Below, one piece after another: positions 57,649 through 64,000 of a DNA stretch of 64,000 nucleotides. The notes beneath the pieces were generated by a model. The model was not told the origin of the DNA. It did no database searches and was given only the letters and a program-made list of their open reading frames with translations. The first letter of the stretch is position 1. The number at the start of each line of letters is the position of its first letter. Source of the stretch: a bacterium (lineage in GTDB: Bacteria > Patescibacteriota > WWE3 > 2-01-FULL-39-13 > JAACPI01); assembly GCA_009995545.1 (NCBI GenBank), contig JAACPI010000001.1, positions 2,475-66,474 on the forward strand. The letters are read 5' to 3'. A program made the position numbers and the translations under genes.

Positions 57649-60204
57649 ATGGCCATAATGTACCAAGCTGTAGATAATGATCGTGTTCCAGGTGAATATT
57701 GTCCTTTATCAAACACAGTAGGGAGTGAAAATAAAGCATTATCTGAATTTACTCCTGCAGATATTTTTACAAAATCAGACCTTGGGCCTGTTCTTGCAGA
57801 AGTAATTACTGTGGGTAGGCAGTTTCATGAGGCAACCGGTATCATTCCCCGTGCTCTTATAATTCCTGTTTCTGGGACTTTGCAAGTAGAGACAAGGATA
57901 CCCGGCGTATCCTCTATTGTAGTCCCTCGTTCCGTTGATTTTATAGGAAGTCTTTCTGTAGACCCTGTCTTATTAAATGAGCAACTTTGTGCAAACGGTG
58001 TATCCCTTTTAACAATTCGTAAACAAATAAAAGCAGCTAACGATATTTTAAATACACCCTCAACTTCTAGAACACTTAGGCAAAGTACTGTAAAACAATT
58101 AGCTGAACTTGAGGCAAAACAGTCATTGTTGGTGAGTGGTATTTTATCTGCATCAGGTGCTTTATACCTACCTTTTTCTAAAACAGAGACACCTGTATCT
58201 GTACCTCAAAACAGTACGGGTAATAAAACCCCCTTACCTCCGATTGTTCCCACACCTAGCAGCTCGGGTAAAAAGTCTTCAAAGACTACAGGAGGGGAAG
58301 TTGTGTCCCTTGATGAAGTTACTAAACCTTTGCCTCAGAAAAAAAGACGTAATGGCGCCCTTATTGCTATTACAAGTACAGTTATTGCCTCGTTGGTAGT
58401 GGGTTGTGCTTCAGGTAAACCGGTTGACTCTGCTCCCTCACCTACGGTGACTATTGCAGTTCCTGCTAACTCTGTACCAGAACAAATATTACCTGAGGGT
58501 CTAGATGTTAGAGAGGTAAATGTACATTTTGATACATCGGCAATTAAGGCTGAGCTTCCTAACGGCACTACCGTAACTATCCCTAATTTAGAAACATTGT
58601 TAGCGGAATCTTCTTTGGGAGTTAGTACTACTATTAATGCAGATTCTGGTGCTAAGGTACGAGGCTACACCTTGGATTCCGAGGGTAATCCCATAATTGA
58701 TGGCGTCGTTAAAAACTTGCCTAACGGTAGCCCTGTTGTTGTTGTAGGTATAAAAAAAGCATCTGACGAGGCACCCGCCCCAGAGGATAACTGGGCATTG
58801 CTTGAGGACGGAACCTCCGTTGCAGCAAGTTTAGTAAACCTTGTCTCTGCAGAGCGTCTGATTGGTACTGGTGGAGATCAAGCATCTTTAGAAAAAATGA
58901 ATGAGGAACTTGCTAAGGTAACAGGATTATCTGTAGGTGAGGTAGCTTTATTACCGGAATCGATACGTAGTATTTTAATAAGAGGTGCAGGTTCTTCCTA
59001 TACTATTGAAGGCTATTCTGTCGCAGCTCTACTTCCCAACAGTAATTTATTTGTTTTAACAGGCCCAGATGGTCGTATTGTTTTTTCTCCCGCGGACAGT
59101 ATAGCCTCAGTTTTGGGTCTTTCAGCTGAGGAATACTCTAATTTAATGGCAAATATAAGTGTTGTTGTAAACCCACAAACTCTAGGAGACCTTTCAATAT
59201 ACATGGGCACTGTACTTTCGGTAGATTTTGCTACTGAATATTCTCAGGGTGTACCGAATTTTGAGGCACAAAATATACCTACTGAACTCTCCAGCAGGTT
59301 TCCAGATTTGTCTATACGTGGGAAGGAAAGTACCGTTCCTCCCAGATTAGTTCAAACAATTTTGGGCAGGGATGTTACAGTTGCAGTTTGGGACACAGAA
59401 TCCTCAAATTGGGTGCAATCTGGTTTAACACAAGCTGAGTTAGAAGAAATTGAAAGTAGTAACGTAATTCTTTTTAACGATGGTAAAGGCGACGGGAATA
59501 AAAAACCACTAGAGTTGGGTCCTTTTTACGAAGATACTGTTGGTAGCTTGGCCTTATATGGAATAGCTGCTTCAGATTACAAGTTTACTCAAGTTGACAT
59601 TTTAAACAAATCAGATGGAACCCCAACAGGGTGGAAATTCGGTTCTTTGTCAATTGATATTTATCAGAAGGATGTTGATGGAAGTTACACTGCTCAAAAT
59701 TGGTTGATTCAATCGGGGAGTGTCTTTATATCTCCAAATGGTAAAAGATTTACCTCAATCGTACAACAGGGTGGTTCTACAATCGGTATTGGTGAACTGC
59801 CAGAACATTTATTCCCAGATAGAGATTTAGGAGATGGGGGTAGTTTTACAAAAGTTGGTAATTCTCCCACCCCAAATACCCCTATAAGTGTAGGTGAACC
59901 TGTAGTACTTTGGTGGCAGAATTTTGCATCGGATAATGGTTATGCAGAAAAGGTAGCTTCTGCTACTGGTAGTCTTGGAGATTACCTGAGCTCAGGTAAT
60001 TTAGACGGTACAACTGTCAGACTTGCAGGTCTAGCGTTGCAGAGAGGTGTAGATGCCAACTTTACGCTAGGTGGTTACTCTTTAGCACGATTCACCATGG
60101 AGGAAATTTCTGCAGCTATATCTTCCCACAGTCCCTTGCCAGTACCCGAAGGTCTTTTTAGCGGTGGACCTGGGTTTATAGTAAGATTTCCGGCTCAAAA
60201 ATAG
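57649..60204 (+). CDS. Large bitopic surface protein (851 aa): roughly 230-aa cytoplasmic N-domain, Ser/Pro-rich linker, TM helix (ALIAITSTVIASLVVG), roughly 600-aa extracellular domain
   Basis: ORF plus hydropathy. No recognisable catalytic motif. Confidence 0.5.
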   Translation: MAIMYQAVDNDRVPGEYCPLSNTVGSENKALSEFTPADIFTKSDLGPVLAEVITVGRQFHEATGIIPRALIIPVSGTLQVETRIPGVSSIVVPRSVDFIGSLSVDPVLLNEQLCANGVSLLTIRKQIKAANDILNTPSTSRTLRQSTVKQLAELEAKQSLLVSGILSASGALYLPFSKTETPVSVPQNSTGNKTPLPPIVPTPSSSGKKSSKTTGGEVVSLDEVTKPLPQKKRRNGALIAITSTVIASLVVGCASGKPVDSAPSPTVTIAVPANSVPEQILPEGLDVREVNVHFDTSAIKAELPNGTTVTIPNLETLLAESSLGVSTTINADSGAKVRGYTLDSEGNPIIDGVVKNLPNGSPVVVVGIKKASDEAPAPEDNWALLEDGTSVAASLVNLVSAERLIGTGGDQASLEKMNEELAKVTGLSVGEVALLPESIRSILIRGAGSSYTIEGYSVAALLPNSNLFVLTGPDGRIVFSPADSIASVLGLSAEEYSNLMANISVVVNPQTLGDLSIYMGTVLSVDFATEYSQGVPNFEAQNIPTELSSRFPDLSIRGKESTVPPRLVQTILGRDVTVAVWDTESSNWVQSGLTQAELEEIESSNVILFNDGKGDGNKKPLELGPFYEDTVGSLALYGIAASDYKFTQVDILNKSDGTPTGWKFGSLSIDIYQKDVDGSYTAQNWLIQSGSVFISPNGKRFTSIVQQGGSTIGIGELPEHLFPDRDLGDGGSFTKVGNSPTPNTPISVGEPVVLWWQNFASDNGYAEKVASATGSLGDYLSSGNLDGTTVRLAGLALQRGVDANFTLGGYSLARFTMEEISAAISSHSPLPVPEGLFSGGPGFIVRFPAQK

Positions 60205-60259
60205 TATTTTCACTTTATTAACTCTTAATAAAAAGTGATTTTTATAGTAGATTGTATTT

Positions 60260-60865
60260 GTGAGAACTGCCAAATTAAAACTAATAATACTTTCATTTTT
60301 TGTTTTGCTTGTTTTGGTTTTAGTAACTTACTTACTATCTAGATCAAAAAAAAGTGATTCTCCCATTTCGGATATCAACACTACTCCTGTTTCCAGTGAA
60401 CTTGAGTCTGATAAAAGTTGGTATTCTCGACAGGAAGGCTTATGGATTATTGGCACTTTAATTGAATCTAAGGAAGAAGGTGATGATTTTTATCTCAAAA
60501 TAGGGGTAGATAATTTTGAAATTAAAGTTTTATTAGGGTCTAAAGAGCTTAGTAAGTTCGGTGTTTCCTATCCCGAAAACAACCAGGTCGTGCCCTTTCA
60601 TTCCAAAAAATGGGAAACTCTTGGTTTTACAGAAATATCCTCAGATTTAATTTCCGGTCACAAAATAGCGGTTCTGATAAAAACTAGCTTTCCTGAATCA
60701 GCCTCTTTGTGCAGTAACAAGGTTTGTTCTTACTCTTTAGCTAATTTAGAAAAATATCTCCCTAATAACAAATCCCTGCAGGATAAGTTAGGTTCTGAGA
60801 ATACGGGACATTTAGAATCGGGTTTAATATATGGTCCTGTATCTCAAATTTCGCTCTACAAATGA
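60260..60865 (+). CDS. Small N-terminally anchored extracellular protein (201 aa)
   Basis: Signal or anchor segment LKLIILSFFVLLVLVLVTYLL. Its stop overlaps the next start (ATGA). Confidence 0.4.
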   Translation: MRTAKLKLIILSFFVLLVLVLVTYLLSRSKKSDSPISDINTTPVSSELESDKSWYSRQEGLWIIGTLIESKEEGDDFYLKIGVDNFEIKVLLGSKELSKFGVSYPENNQVVPFHSKKWETLGFTEISSDLISGHKIAVLIKTSFPESASLCSNKVCSYSLANLEKYLPNNKSLQDKLGSENTGHLESGLIYGPVSQISLYK

Positions 60866-63800
60866 ATACGAAGATCTTTAAGGTATTAGTGCTTTTTTTC
60901 CTACTCTTAACCTTAGTACTGCTTATTTTCCCATCTAAAAAACATGTTTCAGCTCAGACCTGTACAGGTTCTGCTCAATATGTCGACTACAGCTGTGTTT
61001 TTGATGACATAACTTTACTTTATAGCTGTATTGCTAATGGCGGTATGACCGTAGCCTGTGCAGGAGTTCCGTGCCAGACTTTCGGCCCAGTCTTTTGTTG
61101 GGGGGGTCTTAGTTGCGGCCTGTCTGCCTATGGTTCTACAGCAGGTTGCAGCACAACCCCCGTACCCCCTGCTGTTTGCGGTAACGGTACTAGAGAAACA
61201 GGAGAAGGTTGTGATGACGGCAATAAAACGAATGGTGATGGCTGTAGTTCTTCTTGTCAGATAGAAACTTCTAAACCCGTCTGCGGAAATGGTAAAAAGG
61301 AAACAGGAGAAGGTTGTGATGACGGCAATAAAACGAATGGTGATGGCTGTAGTTCTTCTTGTCAGCTAGAACCTTCCTTGCCCGTGTGTCCAAACGGTAT
61401 TGTGGAAGCTGGGGAGGCTTGTGATGACGGTAATAGTAACAATTTGGATGGTTGCAGAAATAACTGCACCACTCCTTATTGTGGCGATGGTATTATAGAC
61501 TCTCCAGGGGAGACCTGTGATGGGGGAGTGGGGTGTACTTCTAACTGTACCGGTATTACAGGAGGGGGATACGCTTGTAATGGGTCCTCCTGTGAAGCCT
61601 CTGTTGGTGGTCCATACACTGCCTCAGATTGCGGAGGAGCTTGTAATACTCCGACAGGACAATTTTTTTGTGGAAATGACCTGGCTTGCCACCCTTGTGG
61701 TGCGGGCGACTCAAATTGTAAATCCTTGGGAGATTGTCAAAGTGAGTGTGTATGTACTTCTCCAGGTGGGTGCTTTGTTTCTGGGTGTAACCCCTTAGCC
61801 ACTTCGGGAATTTGCGATGGTGCACTTATCCCTGGCGCCAACACTACTGGCTGTATGGGGAACGGTTGGATGGATCTTTTAGATTTAGCTTCAAAAAGGG
61901 TTAGGTATAATTTAGATTGTGGTAATGCAAACTGGGGCCAAACCAACATTGGTGGTGGAGGGACAAACTACGAGGGGTTGGGTGTTTTACGTAAATTACC
62001 AAATCCCCCCGATCCAAACTACCCTTGGGTTGAGGTGGCACTAGTACCTAATGGCCAGGGGGGTTCTATTGATTTTACCGACCCTTATCTTACCACGGGT
62101 GTTAATCAATATAAGGTTATAGCCAGATGTGCTTATCGTGAAAACACAGGTACTGCCGATAGGATAAAATGGGTAAAGATTGGTGGTACTACATATCACA
62201 ACAATGACGATTTCTACGATGTGAGTATGTACTCTGCATGTAGCCAGGATAAGATACTGCAGCTGGTTCTAACTCCCCCCGTCTGCAATAACTGGTTTGT
62301 TAGTCCGAACATAGACAGCATCCCAAAAACTGTAAGCATAGAATCCAATGCTTACGACGGCGAGGGTCTATCAGGGGGAGGTATGTATTACAGCACTACC
62401 CAAAATGGGGCTTACGGCAGCATAGATAGTAATGGAAACTTTGTAGCTGGGACGGCTGGAGAAATTATTGCTAACAGGGCAGATTATTTTTCTTCGGGTA
62501 CTTTAGCAGGTAAAATAACTTCTACCTTTAACATACAAAACTTACCATCGGGTAATTATCAGTTTCAGGGTAATTATTGGAATAAATATGCAAGTTTTCC
62601 CAGTACCGACCCTTTGCACTTCAAGCAATGTCTCTCCCCTCAAGTATATATAGATAATACTCCGCCTACCTGCGGAAATTGGAATTTTAACCCCGCTTCC
62701 CCTTTGGATTCGACCCAAAACTCCTTTAGCGTTTCCACTTCTGCTACGGACAACTCTGCAATTAGAGATTTCGGTTTTTACTACCAGAACTACGACGAAT
62801 CTACAAGTACCTGGGGATACTACGATGCCGGAGGTGTTTTTGTTCCAAATTCTTACGTACCTCTCGTAAAAAACAAATCAGATTATTTTACTCCCCCTGT
62901 TCCGAGCCCTACAACTACTAATTTTATTAATAGGTCCAATATACCCTCAAATAAATTTAGGTTTTTTGCAAACTACTGGGATTCCTCAGCACCTCATAAC
63001 TTGTCGGCAGGGAGTAATAATTTTTCTCAGTGTGTTTCGCCCGTTTATGAAATAAAATCCTCGGCTCCTGTAATTTCTTTAACAATTCCTGCCGCAACTA
63101 CTTACAAGGGATATAATAATTATTATTCTGATGGTAAATATTCTGTTCAGGTAAAAATTACCGATACCCCAGGAGACGTTAATACTTACAATTGGGGAGT
63201 ACTAGGCGGGTTATTAACTGGATCTCTAACCAGTGGCTTAAAGAATGGTACAGTTGTAAATTATCCTTTCAGTTTAAGTTTAGACTGGGCTCCCGGATCA
63301 GCATTTAACCAAGTTGGCACATCTCAGGTGTCTTTTAATAGTATAGACTCACAGGGTAACGATATTACTGTTTCTGACCAGATAAGTACCGTATCCCCAA
63401 CTTTTACAGCAAACACTAGCCTTCGTTATAGAAACAAGGTTGTTAGCGGTTCTCAGGACTTAAAAGCCTTTTGTGAAGATGCCGAGTTTAACAACAATGC
63501 GAATACCAAGAATTTCAATTCAGGAAATAATGGAATCTCCGCGATAGTCAATTTTACCTCTGCAGGTCCTCTTGCGAGTTCTTCCTACAACAAAAGCTTT
63601 AATACTAAAATCCAGGGCACCGACGTTTATACTAATTTAGTTGAGATGGTGGGAACTAGCTACTATACTGCCAGTTTTCTTCCCCAGTTTACTGTCCCTG
63701 GTTACGAGGTACTATGCATCAAAGACATGACGAACAACAAAACATACTCTGGGCAATCCGACTTGCTTGTTAACGTAGCTCGAGAGTCGACTCTGAATTT

Positions 63801-64000
63801 AAGAGCTGTATTTGGAAAGGTGACTCCCAAAGGTTGGTTTCAGGCAGTTGGTGGAAATATATTTACAGGTGCGGCGCCAACCTACCAATATCCTGATGTT
63901 TCGGAGGTGACTAGTGCCTTTACTGCAAATCTATATAATTTGAGTTCTAGTACTACTGCCTCTTTCAATACTCCTCCTGCTGAGGCTATATTTTCTAATT
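60862..64000 (+). CDS. Secreted giant protein with Myxococcus-type cysteine-rich repeats (CGNGxxExGExCDDGNxxxGDGCSxxC), 3'-truncated by the window end
   Basis: Frame-1 ORF from the ATG at 60862, read codon-by-codon to 64000 without a stop (more than 1040 aa). Signal peptide MNTKIFKVLVLFFLLLTLVLLIFPSKKHVSAQ. Three or more CxxGxxExxExCDDGN repeats, then a long Asn/Ser/Thr/Gly-rich beta region. The ORF track misses it because it has no in-window stop. Confidence 0.7.
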   Translation, partial: MNTKIFKVLVLFFLLLTLVLLIFPSKKHVSAQTCTGSAQYVDYSCVFDDITLLYSCIANGGMTVACAGVPCQTFGPVFCWGGLSCGLSAYGSTAGCSTTPVPPAVCGNGTRETGEGCDDGNKTNGDGCSSSCQIETSKPVCGNGKKETGEGCDDGNKTNGDGCSSSCQLEPSLPVCPNGIVEAGEACDDGNSNNLDGCRNNCTTPYCGDGIIDSPGETCDGGVGCTSNCTGITGGGYACNGSSCEASVGGPYTASDCGGACNTPTGQFFCGNDLACHPCGAGDSNCKSLGDCQSECVCTSPGGCFVSGCNPLATSGICDGALIPGANTTGCMGNGWMDLLDLASKRVRYNLDCGNANWGQTNIGGGGTNYEGLGVLRKLPNPPDPNYPWVEVALVPNGQGGSIDFTDPYLTTGVNQYKVIARCAYRENTGTADRIKWVKIGGTTYHNNDDFYDVSMYSACSQDKILQLVLTPPVCNNWFVSPNIDSIPKTVSIESNAYDGEGLSGGGMYYSTTQNGAYGSIDSNGNFVAGTAGEIIANRADYFSSGTLAGKITSTFNIQNLPSGNYQFQGNYWNKYASFPSTDPLHFKQCLSPQVYIDNTPPTCGNWNFNPASPLDSTQNSFSVSTSATDNSAIRDFGFYYQNYDESTSTWGYYDAGGVFVPNSYVPLVKNKSDYFTPPVPSPTTTNFINRSNIPSNKFRFFANYWDSSAPHNLSAGSNNFSQCVSPVYEIKSSAPVISLTIPAATTYKGYNNYYSDGKYSVQVKITDTPGDVNTYNWGVLGGLLTGSLTSGLKNGTVVNYPFSLSLDWAPGSAFNQVGTSQVSFNSIDSQGNDITVSDQISTVSPTFTANTSLRYRNKVVSGSQDLKAFCEDAEFNNNANTKNFNSGNNGISAIVNFTSAGPLASSSYNKSFNTKIQGTDVYTNLVEMVGTSYYTASFLPQFTVPGYEVLCIKDMTNNKTYSGQSDLLVNVARESTLNLRAVFGKVTPKGWFQAVGGNIFTGAAPTYQYPDVSEVTSAFTANLYNLSSSTTASFNTPPAEAIFSN
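61195..61365 (+). repeat. Perfect 66-bp direct repeat (61195-61260 and 61300-61365) spaced 105 bp apart inside the Cys-rich repeat gene
   Basis: gaaacaggagaaggttgtgatgacggcaataaaacgaatggtgatggctgtagttcttcttgtcag occurs twice with 100% identity. Confidence 0.85.

Noticed and set aside
61058-61264. Track ORF 61058-61264 (68 aa) inside the Cys-rich repeat region
   Set aside because: It is in frame 2. The real gene is the frame-1 ORF from 60862 that runs to the window end (verified stop-free).
1-64000. CRISPR arrays, transposases, integrases, rRNA genes
   Set aside because: No regularly spaced direct repeats and no DDE or tyrosine-recombinase-like ORFs were seen. No rRNA-like sequence is present.

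Overview
The window is a 64-kb stretch of a low-GC (about 33-36% by eye) bacterial chromosome with dense coding, mostly Shine-Dalgarno-poor starts and several promoters sitting directly on the start codon. The gene content suggests a small-genome, possibly CPR/Patescibacteria-like bacterium using the standard genetic code: a sortase with LPKAG substrates, a truncated ATP synthase epsilon and a compact YbeY. I cannot place it taxonomically from sequence alone.

Recognisable housekeeping genes include rho, a LysM-M23 peptidase, def, obg, leuS, argS, ndk, atpF-H-A-G-D-C (without atpB or atpE), mreB, secE-nusG-rplK-rplA-rplJ-rplL, rpmB-rpmG, fmt, ybeY, a HIT protein, dgkA, an M50 protease and four tRNAs (Arg-CCT, Thr-TGT, Thr-GGT, Trp-CCA).

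Between these sit several accessory or unexplained loci:
(i) A 1185-aa membrane-anchored fibre protein with an N-terminal MerR-like HTH, a TM helix, a long Gly/Ser/Thr-rich beta-fibre and an internal peptidase S74 intramolecular-chaperone autocleavage domain followed by about 260 more residues.
(ii) A block of four large proteins with no recognisable motifs (795, 447, 218 and 917 aa) wedged between secE and rpmG/tRNA-Trp. The 795-aa gene lies 34 bp upstream of secE with no terminator, and a strongly GC-shifted gene is flanked by a 15-bp-stem hairpin.
(iii) A GC-elevated island (2.5-6.2 kb) with a translationally coupled 157-aa plus 862-aa pair.
(iv) Two secreted proteins with an LPKAG sorting signal plus a sortase.
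(v) A surface-protein operon ending in a more than 1040-aa Myxococcus-type cysteine-rich-repeat protein containing a perfect 66-bp duplication.
(vi) A roughly 100-bp intergenic element present twice (40.6 kb and 55.7 kb) with reiterated TGCACCC motifs and a degenerate tRNA T-arm-like core.
(vii) Two unusually long non-coding regions (about 850 bp and 650 bp) with GC-rich hairpins that may hold ncRNAs.

I found no CRISPR array, transposase or integrase.
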